A DNA stretch of 63,247 nt, counting the filler, from Saprolegnia diclina VS20 (taxonomy: Eukaryota): assembly GCF_000281045.1 (NCBI RefSeq). It is 3 parts of 2 records of this genome, joined end to end, with 100 filler letters (N's around TTAATTAATTAA, not from the genome) between each part and the next. Parts side by side here need not be neighbours in the genome. Positions count along the whole stretch, not along the records: positions 26,344 to 46,399 come from NW_008246094.1; positions 46,500 to 63,247 come from NW_008246095.1; 1 more part is not named here. The stretch is one strand, 5' to 3'. Below the pieces are notes generated by a model that ran no database searches, was not told the origin of the DNA, and was given only the letters and a program-made list of their open reading frames with translations. The position numbers and the translations under genes were made by a program. Numbering within the stretch: position 1 is the first letter of the stretch; each line of letters starts with the position of its first letter. This document shows, one piece after another, positions 37,219-50,000 of the stretch.

Positions 37219-39467
37219 ACGGCGTCGACTTGGCGCCATATTGGCGCCATTGCGTAATATATATTGGCACTCTTGGTGCAATGTGTGCTAATATTGAATC
37301 GGGTGATCGGCAAGGTGATCGGTCCACGCACAACTGCACGCATATCAACAGCACGACGTGCCACCTTCATCATTCCCGCCAATTACTCACGTTATGACCG
37401 CCGGCCAATGCTAGTTCTTTTCGCGATAAACAATGCCATTGCTGGGATCAAATCCCTATTCCATCGACAGAAGCGAGCAATAGAGGATCGAGAACATTCG
37501 AGTGCGGACGATGCGCGCTTCGAAAGCCACAACAAGAAGTCCGACGCACCACGACCAGGGACGTGATGTAAAAGCGCTCGACGGGGTACTCGACTATGCC
37601 AGCATTTGGCAGCGAACAGCCGCCCGCAAGAGGCGCGAGGCGGCTGATCGCGCTGCCCGTGTTCCAACGAATACACTGTATCGCGAGGTTTGCACGTTAT
37701 CGGCATCTGCAGGTCTGACCACTATGATTGTGTTCACGCCAGCTGGGCAGGTCAGATGTAGTAAATGTTGTGCGCGCACACGTTGTGTGCAGCGAGTTCT
37801 CACCTTGTCGAATTACCAACAGCACATGGCTGGACGCGTGAAATAGCATCGCAAGCTTGGTCTTCGGCGACGTGGTCGGTTTTCTTTGGCGCGATTCGGG
37901 TGCTGCTCGAGACGTGACGTCGGCATCCACGTGGCAAGCTGCGAGCGTTCCGCGTCTATTGAGCACATACATTTGTATGGCAAGCGCTCGACTCGCGACG
38001 GTAACGTCCATCGTGCGACAGATGTCATTGCACTCGTCGCACGCTTTGGGAAGGGCCTTGCACGACGCAACTGCGAGCGAGTCTGGTGCCCGTCGAAGTA
38101 GAAGCGAAAGATGCCGCCCAGAGTCCGTTGTCTGGGTACTAGTGCAACCGCGGGCTTGCTCCGCATGTAAGCTGTCGATGTCGCGAAGGCCCACATGGGC
38201 TGTCGCGATCGGGATGCGCTGCAAACTTAACTTGACCTGATGATGTCATTTTTCGGGGCGCTCATCGTTCGGCCCTGTTTATATAATTATACAGAATAGA
38301 GAGATGGCACTCGGCGACTCACGAGTCGGAGCGCTTTTCTTAAAATATCACTCGGCGAGTCATGCTCTACACTGTAGGTTTGGATTCGTATATCTTCCAC
38401 GATACCACACACTCCAGCCAAGAGTGGACGATAACATATCGATACTGCTGCGACCGTTCAATATTCTTTATAGCGCGGCTTGCCCGTGGACTTTGACCGC
38501 GGAATGGAGAAGCCGAGACGCGTTGCCTTTCGCATACCAAAGATCGCGAGGCGCGACGAACCGTGTTGTTGAGTGTACTGTAAACCAAGTCTCGTTGCAA
38601 GAAAACCAAGAAGACATATCGCATCGAGACGACGTCATGACGGGCCACCTCGTGTCTCGATGGATAGATATTGGCCCAAGGCGCGCCGATATTCGATTGC
38701 TGCCAATATATATATATTGCACGAGCCGTGATCGCCCATTACGTTCCGACTGCCTTCTTCTGGTTGCCAAGGGCCGGACGTGTGTGTCGACGGATGCAAA
38801 TCACTTTCGCGTGCGTGGCCGAGCGAGCGAGGATGGAAGTCTTCCCGCGCTGGCCTCATTCGCCACGACCCGGCGCCAGTGTCGAAACCGCGCCCATCGT
38901 CGTTCGGAAATATTGGTCGGCCCATACTGGAACGCCATCAGCATAATAATAATATTATAGCCTGCGTCCCCGTCCAGAATATTATATATATCGCTCGTTT
39001 TTCTTCGTTGAAGCTGGGCTTGGCATACAAGCGTTCAGTGCAGTTGCGAGATATTGGCCGCCGCAAATAGAAATGAAACACACGTCGCTGGGGGTTGCAC
39101 TTCGAAGAAGCTAGCGGCCGGCTCTCGGTCGGGACGGGCGCCAAAACCATCTTGACTCTTGTATACTTAATGGTTGGTGGGCACACTGGCACCTTATGTC
39201 ACACCCGCATGTAATCGCATTGGATTCGTATCTCTTGCAGCACTAGGAACGGAATAATATTTTAAAAAGCCTGTAATTCAAAGCAATAAAAAACCACGTG
39301 GCCCTCCTGTATTTAAACACAAACGACCGGCGCGCGAATATAATTTCTATATTTTTATTTGGCAAATATTGCCCGATCGCTCCCGAGTTCGAGAGCGCGA
39401 CCGCATTCGAAATATTAATATTATTGCGCGATAATATTGGAGCTCGGACGAATTACCGGGACGTTGG

Positions 39468-39482
39468 TCAGTTTTGTATTTC
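39468..39482 (+). promoter_or_regulatory. Putative oomycete INR+FPR core promoter
   Basis: TCAGTTTTGTATTTC resembles the TCATTYBNNNWTTY consensus, just upstream of the ATG at 39491. Confidence 0.45.
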
Positions 39483-39490
39483 CCACGCCG

Positions 39491-39937
39491 ATGACAATCG
39501 AGATCGAGCAGGCCGCCACCGTGAGCATCCTCTACGACGCGCTCCTGCAGAAGAAGAGCAACTTTTGCCACACCAAGATGGTCGAGGAGAGCAAGAAGCT
39601 GCTCACGTGCAAGCGCGATGTCGACGAGTGTCTCGAGCGCATCGACGAGATCGAGGAGCAGCTCGCCGACATCAAGAGCGAGCTCCCGGAAGACGCACCG
39701 ATGGACGACGCTGCCTTTGTGGGCCACACCGAGGCCCAGGCGCTCCTCTCAGAGAAGAAGGAAGAAGAGCTCCTTCTCATCCAAATGTCCAAGGTCTACG
39801 AGTGCAGAAAGGCCACGATGCGCATGCTCGTCAAGCACAAGTCGATCCTTGACAGCTCGCGCAAGTCGCTCCGCAACCGCCAGCGCCGCATCGTTGAGAA
39901 GGCCTTCCGCACCGGCCTCCTCGCGTGCCAGTCGTAA
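39491..39937 (+). CDS. Hypothetical 148-aa coiled-coil protein
   Basis: Strong GC3 codon bias and heptad-rich E/K sequence; single exon. Confidence 0.8.
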   Translation: MTIEIEQAATVSILYDALLQKKSNFCHTKMVEESKKLLTCKRDVDECLERIDEIEEQLADIKSELPEDAPMDDAAFVGHTEAQALLSEKKEEELLLIQMSKVYECRKATMRMLVKHKSILDSSRKSLRNRQRRIVEKAFRTGLLACQS

Positions 39938-40991
39938 GCGACTACTATCTTATTACGCGCAGCCGAGTCGCGCCCGTACCATAGCCCCGCACCCTTATTT
40001 AACACAGCGACATCTTCTGACCTACGACGCTACCTGTTCCTGTTCCTACGACGCCCGCTGTGCGACGTCGGTCGTCGTCCATCGCGGGTCGTCCGGCGCA
40101 CGGGCTGTTACGACGCCGACGTGGGAAATGCGTGTAAAACCCACGCGCGGAACGTTCGGCCCTGGGTAGAAACCGGGCAGCATGTGGGAAACCCACGTGA
40201 GAAATGGCTGCGGTGACGAAATCCGTTTGCATCGCAGGCGAGAAGCTGGCTCGCATATTATTGGGAATATTAATAGTAATAATATGTGTCGGTCGATACG
40301 AATTACGGTGCTAATTCGTACTATAATTTCTCCCTGGGCCGACGATGATGAGCAAGGAAGGCGACGCGTGTCGACGAGACGATCAACCTCCGATGATGAT
40401 AGTCGATCAGGAGTGCGCGAGCGAAGCTGCACACTCCCAAGTCCGCAACGTCAACGTCTCTGCACGGCTGCGATCAGCGATGGGATTACGCGAACCGGGT
40501 CGCATGCACACTATAATTTTATTATTCCTGCCATTGTATTTTAGAAAATCTGCACCTCTGAACGGGTTAAAATGCCGCCACGGAAGAGGCGGTGTCGTCC
40601 AAAGATTACCGAAACGATTGCGGCGGTCGGAGGCAGTGACGATGATGATTGTGGTGGTGGATGGATCGAGCGCCATGCGGATTGAGGGCGATTGTCATGG
40701 TCGTTCTTTGTGCCATTCTTCTTTGCAAATTAATACATGCTCAAATATAGGGTACCGCAACCCTGGCAATCAGGGCAGCCAGAACCACCCACCTCGATCC
40801 GTGGATGCTGCAAGCTAATATGTCCAGCAACGTGCGCATCGCGTCCCACGTCCGCGCTCGTCGTTGAAGTGCCGGCGGCTGATATAAACGCCGCCACCAA
40901 GGCAGTACACTGTACTCTAGTACGCGCGGACGATCCATCGACCGCGAGCAAGTGGACGCATATCACAACAACTCGTTTCTCTGCCACGCAG

Positions 40992-41044
40992 CGAGAAACG
41001 CAGCCGCATACAAAAACGAGAAACGCAGCCGCATACAAAAACGA
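40992..41044. repeat. 25-bp tandem duplication
   Basis: CGAGAAACGCAGCCGCATACAAAAA x2. Confidence 0.9.
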
Positions 41045-41648
41045 AGTCGATGACGTGGCGCCACACGCTCTCGAGGGGCTTGAAGACAAGGCCAAAATTC
41101 CGAGCCGTGCCAGCTCGTGTTGAGGGAGTGATGCGTGTTTCTGTTGCGCTTCATTGAGGACGTCGACTCTTCGCGGGTCGAGCGACGACCTACACTGCGT
41201 GATTTTGAGGATTACTACAACTTGTACAATTCCCACAACCGCGTGCTTCTCTGGTTCACGACCGTATCAGGGTCGGCAAGCGAACACGGTCGATCGACCA
41301 AGGTGCTACATTCCACGGGTCGTGCTTGCCGTCTTCGCTTCTTTGCTCCGTTGAGAAATATCGAAAGCTGCTTGCGCCCATTGAGTTTAGTGTACCAAAA
41401 CCCAAGGCACCCAGATCTCGCACCCCAGGCTTCTTGAGCAGCCAACGCAAATTTGGAACCGAAGCACATGTGCAGCTGCACGGAAACCGCCGACGATCGC
41501 TGGCACAGATCTGACCCGTTGGGAAGCCATTGGAAGGGCTTGGTCCATGGGCACTGGAGGTGGCAGGGACCGAAGGCGAATACTGTGCACGCGACTGTCA
41601 ATATATGCATCGATTCATTTACATAGTACTCGTTAAAAACGTAGTGCG

Positions 41649-43457
41649 CTAATTGTCTTCGTCGCCAGGCTTGATGTTGTCCGACTTGTGTTCCATGTTT
41701 TTATTCTCCGTGTCCTCGGCCTCCTTGATCATGTTGAGGAAGTTGGCGTCGACGCTTCGCAAGAGCTTCTCCATCTTTTCATCTTTGGTCGACGGCAGCT
41801 CCTCGACCTTGCCGTCGTCCATCGTCGCCTTCTTGCGCTTCTGCTCCTTCTCGCGCGCCTCCAAGTTCTTTTCCCGCTTCGTCTCGCGCTCAAACATGCC
41901 GTTGATCGCGGCCTTCTCGTTGCTCTGGGGACTGGCGAGGCCGTCCGACACTTCCAAGAGCGAAATCATGCCGTTCGAGTCGCCAACGGCCACGAGCTTC
42001 CCGCCCGACTGCGCATTGCCCTAGTCCGACCATCTCGTCTTTCAGTATCAACTTGATACATACGGTACCTGCACTGCAATCGATGAGAGCGGCACGTCGC
42101 CGACCTTGTGCGAGTAGGCCGCGACGTTTTGCCGGTAAAAGAAATCCCACACGTCGACGACGCCGTCCATGCGCGTCACGAAGAAGACGCCGGCGCGCGT
42201 CGGCGACCAGCACCCGGCGGTCACATACGAGTCGTGGTACGTTGTGCTCATGATGGGCGTCTTGAGGTCTTCGCACCACACGCGCGCAGTCCAATCCCCA
42301 ATTGTTAAAAAGAACTTGTTGTGCGTGGGGTTGCGCTGGATGGTGTAGATCGGGCCGTGGTGCTTGCCGGCGCCCGTGTCGTACACGGTGATCCCGTTGT
42401 TTTGCTTGATGTTGCGCAAATTCACCGAGAGCACGATGCCTTGCTCGGTCCCGACGAGGTACTTGGTCGGGCCCGCCTCCGTGTTGTACTCCATGGACGA
42501 GCCACCGAGCACTTGGCCGTCCTTATCGGAAAGCATGATGCGGTGCGTGGGCTGCGCGAGATGGCGAATGTCCCACCACAGCATCGAGCCGTCCGTCGAG
42601 ACGGACACGCATTGGTTGCCAGTCTTCGATGAGATCCAAAACACGTCGTACACAGGGTCGTGGTGCGAGTGCTCGATCATGGACGTCTCGACGGGCGACG
42701 ACCCGGACTTGCGAATGTCAAAGAACGAGATAAGACCGTTGTACGAACCGCCAACGAGCTGGTCGACGCTCTTGGGGTTGTAGCGGAGACAGCAGAGCGG
42801 GCTCAGCGGCTTGAGCACGACTTCCGGCGTGTTGGGGTTGAGGACGTCCCAGATGTAGCTGTTGGCCGGCATGCGCGCGTTCACAAACTTGGGGTCTTGA
42901 AAGTTGAGAATGCAGTAGCACGCGGCCATGCGCTGGGGTGACTCGGGGTGCCAGTCGATCTTGGACACGGTGCGGCGAACACTCTCGGGGTCCCGGAAGA
43001 CGGCGAGGCCCTTTGCGCTGGGCTGCTCTGTCGTCGCCGGCTCGCCCATGTGCGCAAAGTAGTCTTGATAGATGTTGATCGTATTGTTCTGCTTGAGCCC
43101 GCGCTCGGCAACCGGACCGAGGAACTTGACGGCTTGCTTGTACTCGTCGTCCTTTTCGACCTTCTTTCGGAAGCGCTGGACGTCGTTTTGCTCGGCCGAG
43201 TCAACATCTTTGGGCCACCCGCCCTCGACGTGGCGCATCGAGCTGTTCTTTGTAATGAGGCGCTCCGTGTTGACTTCGTGCTCGGACATGTCGGGCGTCG
43301 TGTCGAGGCGGCCGACCATCGGCCGGCGCTTGACGTAGTCGTGGTCGAACGAGTCGGTGGCCGGGATCGCCTCGAGCACCTTGGCCTCTACATGTTTAAA
43401 GTCGCAGTGCCGGCCAAACGTCCGGCGTGGCTTGGTGTACTGGTACGCTAGCTCCAT
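41649..43457 (-). CDS. DNAI2: Axonemal outer-arm dynein intermediate chain 2 (WD40)
   Basis: MELAYQYTKPRRTFGRHC, HVEGGWPKDV, QNNTINIY, SHHDPVY, FLTIGDW, FERETKREKNLE; intron 42021-42068. Confidence 0.93.
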
Positions 43458-44284
43458 CCGCACCGACCTGCTATCCACTGTTGGCAAAGGTCGCGATCTT
43501 GCTATCTGCAATAAGCTACGCCAATGAAAAAGCGCGAATCTTCGTTTTTCGACCAATCCAAAAGCATCGGTATTCTGACCAATGGCATCGACAGATTCAT
43601 GGAACACGTCCACAATGCTGCCACGACACACAAGACCAGATCAGAGCTCGCCAACTCGACCAGGCTCGTTCGCTTCGACGCGTCGGCAGCTGCTCGAGAC
43701 AGCAGCCAGAATTCTACGCTGCTTTTACGATTATTGTTCGTAAGCACGGCTGTGGTAGCGCAATTGATGGCCATGACAGTGCAGGTTGATGCAGCACGCG
43801 ACGAGGCTGCTCGCGATCACCACTGTCGTGAGGTCCAGCAATGAGTCGCCAGCAAAATATGCTGCCAACTCGATGCTTGGCTCGCTGAGGTGCATAAATT
43901 CGCTGCCACTGGCCCATGTCTGCGCGGCGCGTCTCGGGGCCACTTCAATCCGCGCCTCAATGCGCAGCGACCGTGCCGGTTGGTCACGGCTCGGAGCGAT
44001 GTGGCATAAACCTGCTACAATGCATATATTGTATCTATGCATCTCATCTTCAATGCTGGCAGCCCCATAAAACCTTTACATTTGAATATCCTGTACATTG
44101 CCGATAGTTGGAAGCTTGGGATCGCGACTGCGACATGTAAAGAGGCTGCTAGCAATTGGTCGATTGGATGCGCAAACCGACCAATCCTGGCAGGCGGCGC
44201 CAGACCATGCAGCGCGGCGGCGGTGGCGGTCGCTGTCTCTGTGGCCATTCCCCAACTCGAAGCCTCCTCACCAACACCACCAAA

Positions 44285-44437
44285 ATGGTTCTCCAGTCCG
44301 TCGTCAGCTCTGTCGTGTCGCCCGTGCTCGTCACGTCGGCGGTCCTCATTACGATCGCGCTCCGGAATACGCACCCGCGCCATGTCTCCAAGGCCAAGGC
44401 CGCCACGTCCAAGGTCATTTGGCACGGCTGCCGCTAA
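44285..44437 (+). CDS. Candidate 50-aa single-pass/secreted microprotein
   Basis: CACCAAAATGG start context, host-like GC3 codons, hydrophobic N-half, basic C-half ending IWHGCR; INR-like CCATTCCCCAACTC upstream. Confidence 0.55.
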   Translation: MVLQSVVSSVVSPVLVTSAVLITIALRNTHPRHVSKAKAATSKVIWHGCR

Positions 44438-44684
44438 ACCACTGCCGCCTCTATTTAACGTTCCTTTGAATACACCTCGTGTGCGCGTGCGCGCTGCACA
44501 GCGTCTCTCGCTGTGCAGCGCCGCTGACGTACTCACTACTACCGGTTGTCGACAACGCACGATAGCCTCGATTGCACAAAGTGATCAGGAGAATGGTCCC
44601 TGACGTGACTGAAACCGCGCCTGTTTCAACGCACCTGCTATCCCTCCGACTGGAATAGCTTTGTCAACGAAATACCGAGCTGAC

Positions 44685-46399
44685 ATGCCAAGTTCGCGCC
44701 GCAGCTCACGCTACGTGATCCCCGTTGGCTCGTCGTCGGCGTCACCGGGGCCATCCCGGCGGTCGTCGAGCGCCGCCAAAACGTTTAAAGTCGACGAGTT
44801 GGCCGAGGTAGACACTGACCCGATCAACGCGGCGTCGACCCTCCATATTTGGGCGCTTGGCATGGTCGTCGTCATGGGCGGTCAGCTCTACGGCTGGAAC
44901 GTCGCACTCACGACGGGTTTTCTTCCGTTTTTCCTTTCCCAAGTCCTCACGGACGCCGCGTACGTCGTGTACATGTCGTCGGCCGCCGAGGTCGCGGGCA
45001 AAATCGCCTTCTCCGGCGGCTCGTACGGCCTCGCGCGCATTACGATTGGCTACTACGCAGGGTTTCTTGTCGGGTACCTCGAGCTCCTCGAGTACATTGC
45101 CGCATCGTCTGTCTCGGTCAGTTATGTGAGCAACTTTGTCGTGGATGCGGTTGACGCGCCACCCGAGTCTGCGCCAGCGGTCATGGCGGCTGTCTACGCC
45201 GGCATGATTGGGTTCTTTCTCCTTCCCGGGTGGTACTACTGGCGCGGCCTCGTGCTCCTCGCAGTTCTCTGCCTCTTGCCGGCGCTGCTGGCGATTCTTG
45301 GTGGCGTGGCGTCCGCGGACCTCGGCTTTTATGGCGCCTTTGCCGCCGACCGCGTGTCTCAGTTCAACGGGACCGGGGACAAGGTTTGGGCCATGGGCGA
45401 TCTCCACTCGGCGTACTTTGCGTGGCTGCCGTACACGACGTGGGCGTTTGCCGGCATCGAGTCATTGACGCTCGTGACGAGCATGGCGTCGACACCCAAG
45501 ACGACACTACCGCGGGGTATCCTTGCCGCAACAGCTACACTCTTTGTCACCAATATTGCGCTCTTGTTGATTGTGCCGGCGCAACCGCCAGGTATCGTTG
45601 CCTGTACAAGCGACACGTTTCCGCTCAACACAGCGATGGCGCATTTCGGTATCTCGGACGCGGCGGGGCAATGGCTGATTCTACCAGCCCAAGTCGGCAT
45701 GGCGGCCGGGTTCATCCTCCCGTACACGCGCCTCACGCAGGCGCTGGCCAACTCGAATTTGCTGCCGCCCATACTCGGCTTGAAGCACACCAAGTCGCTC
45801 GCGAAACCAATGGTATTTGCGTCCTTCTTTGGGTACCTCCTCTGTCTCCTCGGGTACTTTGCTCTGGCGTTCGAATCGTCAACGCAAAATATTTTCATTT
45901 TGGCCGGCACCTTTTGCTACGGTGCGCAGCTCCTCGGCTTTGTCATGCTGCGGACTCGGTACCACACCGAGTCGAATGGGTTTGTGAGTCCGTTCGGGCT
46001 CGGCGGCGTTGTGTTTGCAGGCATCGTATTTGGCATGATTGCCATCTCGATCGTCGGCGGCTTCCAAGGCGACGACGGCATCGCGGCCATCTCGCTGATG
46101 CTGTTTGTGATTCTCTTAAGCGTCTACTACCACGGGCACTGCAAGCACCACCAGTCGCTCTCCAAGGACGAATATGCGTGCGTCTTTCGCTTCTCCGTCA
46201 TGAAGTTCAACGCCGAGCGGCTGAAGCACGGCCGCAAACCGCGCAGCGTCATTCACCGCAGCTCGGTGGAGAAGCGCGGTCTCTCCTGGCTGCGCCGCGG
46301 CTCGAGCGCGAACTCAACCAATGTGAGCGACTCGCGCATCGACCGCACGAGCAGCTTGGAGGCGAAGCGACACCGCCACAGCGGAACCCACGTCGTCCT
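44685..46399 (+). CDS. APC-superfamily amino acid/ethanolamine permease-like transporter, 3' end in the gap
   Basis: LHIWALG..VMGGQLYGWN, FSGGSYG, WAFAGIES, FVSPFG; about 12 hydrophobic segments; intronless. Confidence 0.9.
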
Positions 46400-46499
46400 N
46401 NNNNNNNNNNNNNNNNNNNNNNNNNNNNNNNNNNNNNNNNNNNTTAATTAATTAANNNNNNNNNNNNNNNNNNNNNNNNNNNNNNNNNNNNNNNNNNNN
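46400..46499. other. Assembly gap with artificial linker
   Basis: N44-TTAATTAATTAA-N44. Confidence 0.99.
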
Positions 46500-47071
46500 T
46501 ATCGTCCGCAAATCGCCAAAGTCAAAGTCAAAGTCAACAGGACAGGCGGTGCGCCAGCGACACACGGCGCCAAGGACAGGGCGCAAGCTATTGCAGTGCA
46601 CGAGGTCAACCGTCTTGGCAACGACGGCTGCGTGTCCAGTGAGACCCCATGCTTGCGTCATGCAACGCGCCAAGCAAGCATCCAGGCTCGTCGCTGGTTC
46701 GGGGTGGAATGATTGTCTTCGGGTTGAGGCTAGACACACGCAACAAAACCCACGGTTATCACGCATGTGGGGTCCGGGCGCGGGTCTTGCATACAAAACA
46801 CGCAGCTCCACAAAGGTACGCCAGTATGTAGATAGGAAAAGGATCGACGAACGCGAAGCCATGCGCCATGGCGGTCGATCCTGGGTTGAGGATCGCGCAG
46901 GTTGCGTGAAGGTAGCTGCGTGGATTGTAATCGTCCGGATAATATCCGAGGTATCTGGACAGGTCTTTTTCAAAAAAGCACATACAACCATGTAGTATAA
47001 AATTGTATTTTAAAACCTGGTCGGCCGACGACAAAAAAGGGTGTTGTCGACAGTTTTGGTACTGCGCGAGC

Positions 47072-50000
47072 ATGGAGGTCTTCGCCGAGCGCACGGTGGG
47101 CAAGGTCCGGAAGCTGCTCGGGAAGCGGGACAAGGACAAGGAGCTGCGCGAGAGCTGCGACGAAGTGCTCTCGCACCTCAAGGCGGGGACGCCGAATCTG
47201 CCCGAGGAGACATGCGTCGGGCCGCTCTTCCTCGCGATCCTCTCCAAGCAGAGCAAGATCACGTGTCTCGCCATGGACTGCCTCGAGAAGATGATGGCGT
47301 TTGGCTACCTCAAAGGCGACCAACCGATCTCGACGAGCCTGCAGGAGCGCCTGCAGCGCGCGCTGCACCTCACGGACGAGACCATGAACACGACGCCGAC
47401 TGGGCGCATGCTGCTCATCGACGCGGTCATCGAGGTCGTGTGCAGCTGCAACGACCACCCTGAAAACGACGTCCAGCTGCAAGTACTCAAGGCTGTGCTC
47501 ACAGCGGTCGTGAGCCCGACGTGCGAAGTCCACGAGCACTCGCTGCTCAAAGCTATCCGCGCTGGGTAGCATTCGCCCGCAATCTCTTCCTGGCGCTAAC
47601 TGCATGTAGCTACCACATCTACCTCGTGAGCAAGAGCATCATCAACCAAACGGTCGCGAAAGGAACCTTACAGCGGATGGTGTCGACGGTCTTTCAGCGC
47701 ATGGAGGCGGCGGCGACGGCCGAGCACCTCGCGACGCCCAAGCGGTCGCAGTCGATCGTCGCCCACACGCACACGGCCATGTACCCCTCGGTACACATCG
47801 GTTCCGTCGTACTAGGATGGCTCAAGACAACTCGTACGGTAGGTCCAAGCCGCGTTTGGCTTCCAGTACAACTCGCGCAGGCTGCAGTCGTCCAAGACGC
47901 TGGGCGAAGACCACGCCGTGCTCTTCCCGAGCGTGCTCCACAAGGACGCGTACCTTGTGTTCCGCGCGATCTGCCGCATCTCGATGCGCTTTGTCGTCGA
48001 AGACGCTGTCGGTGGCCACGTCTCGCCGTCGCAGCCGTCGGCCGGTACGTCACTGGTTTCCTTCCGGAATGGTATGCAGCCGTGCCTGTAGACGACCCGT
48101 TTGCGCTACAAAGCAAGATGATCTCGCTCGACTTGCTGCTGGCGATCATCAACCATGCCGGGCCGACCTTTCGGCAAAACGAGCGGTCGGTTCTACGACG
48201 AATGATCCAACGTGACACTGTGGGCGCTAGGTTCCTCGTTGCGATTCGGTCGTACCTCTGCGTGTCGCTGCTGCAAAACTGCACGTCGATCTACACGCAG
48301 GTCGTCGAGCTCAGTCTCCGCGTCTTTGTCGTGCTCATTACGAATTTCAAAGCGCACCTCAAAGGTATATATCGTCTCGATCCATCATCTATCCACCATG
48401 TATCCAACCGCAAATATGCCGTAGGCGAGATTGAGGTGTTTATCACGAATGTCTTTTTGACAATCCTCGACTCGGAAAATTCGACATACGAACACAAGAT
48501 GCTCGTGCTCGAAGTGCTCAACCATATTTGCGACGACCAGCTCATTCTGAGCGAAATCTTTCTCAACTACGACTGCGACTGGGAGTCCATCGACCTCTTC
48601 AAGCGCATCGTCCACGCGCTCGCCAAAGTGACCAAAATGACAAAGAAAGAGACGCCGACCACCAACGTGCGCCAGCTCAAGCTCCAGCAGCAAGAGGCCG
48701 CGCTCGTGCTCAAGGGCCTCGAGTGCCTCGCAGCGATCGTGCACTCGCTCAAGAAGGCGGCCAACTTTATCTCCGAGGCCGCGCCGCTCCGGGCGTCCGG
48801 TACTGATACCTTGATACTTTTTCGATCTGCTTGCATGGCACCTCAACGACCTCGGGTAGAAAATGACAACTCGGACAACGAAGAGAGCGTGGCGAGTGAC
48901 GAGCCGGTCGCGTCGTCGTCCCGCACGTCGCTCGTCGTCGAGGTTTTTGACAAGAAGAAGAAGCGACAGGACCTTCTGAGCACCGGTAGAGATGACATAT
49001 TGTGCACAATGTACCACCGAAACCGTAGGCATCGTCAAGTTCAACGTCAAGGCGACGGACGGCATTAAATTTTGCATGGCGCACGACCTCATGGAGAAGA
49101 ACAGCGCGCGGGCCGTTGCGCAGTTCTTCCACGCGTACAACAGCCGCCTCGACAAGTTTCAGGTTGATATCTTTTTTGAAAGATTGAAAGAATGCAAGAG
49201 GACAATGTAGATTGGCGAGTACCTGGGCAAAGAGGCGCAGTACCAAGGCGGGTTTTGTGTCAAAGTGCTGCACGAATTCGTCGACCAAATGGACTTTCAC
49301 CACCTCAACGTCGACGACGCGATTCGCAAGTCGGTCTTCACCACCAATGACAACATGTACAATAATGCATGTAGGTACCTCGAAGCGTTTCGGTTGCCCG
49401 GCGAAGCGCAAAAGATCGACCGCATGATGGAGAAGTTTGCCGAGCGGTATCATCTCAACAACCCGGGTGTGTTTCCGTCGGCCGATACGGCGTTCATCCT
49501 GAGCTTCTCGATCATTATGCTCCAGACGGTACGATTCCTGTTTTTACAGTTTGTGGCGCTACGAGGTCGATTGCTTGTTGTAGGATCTGCACAATCCGTC
49601 GATTCCGGAAGAGAAAAAGATGACCCGCGACGGGTTTGTGCGCAACAACCGCGGCATCAACAACGGCGAAGACCTCCCGGCCGAGTACCTCGGTGGCATC
49701 TACGACCGGATCAAGAGTCTCCCGATCTCGATCAAGGAAGACGTCGAGCGCGTCAAACTCAAGCGCGAGACGAGCTCGAGCTTCCCCATGTCGGCGTCGG
49801 TCCTCGACAAGCAGCGCCGCGAGGCGTACGGGAAGGAGCGCGAGGCCATGGTCAAGGCATCCGAAGCCTACTTCAAGCGCAAGGTTGCGCCGACAGCGTC
49901 GCCGCTCGCGGACGACGACCGCGGCTTCCACGTGGTGCGCGACGACCGCAACAACGCGTACATCCGGCCCATGTTTGAGATTGTGTGGGCGCCCTTGCTT

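Noticed and set aside
37850..39300. Assorted 100-218 aa ORFs (also 40050-41600, 55390-56280, 61430-62300)
   Set aside because: Lack host codon bias and recognisable domains; treated as intergenic.
49320..49375. Apparent GC-AG intron (GCAAGT) in the Sec7 gene
   Set aside because: Only the canonical GT donor a few bases downstream restores the frame (DDAIRKYLEAF).
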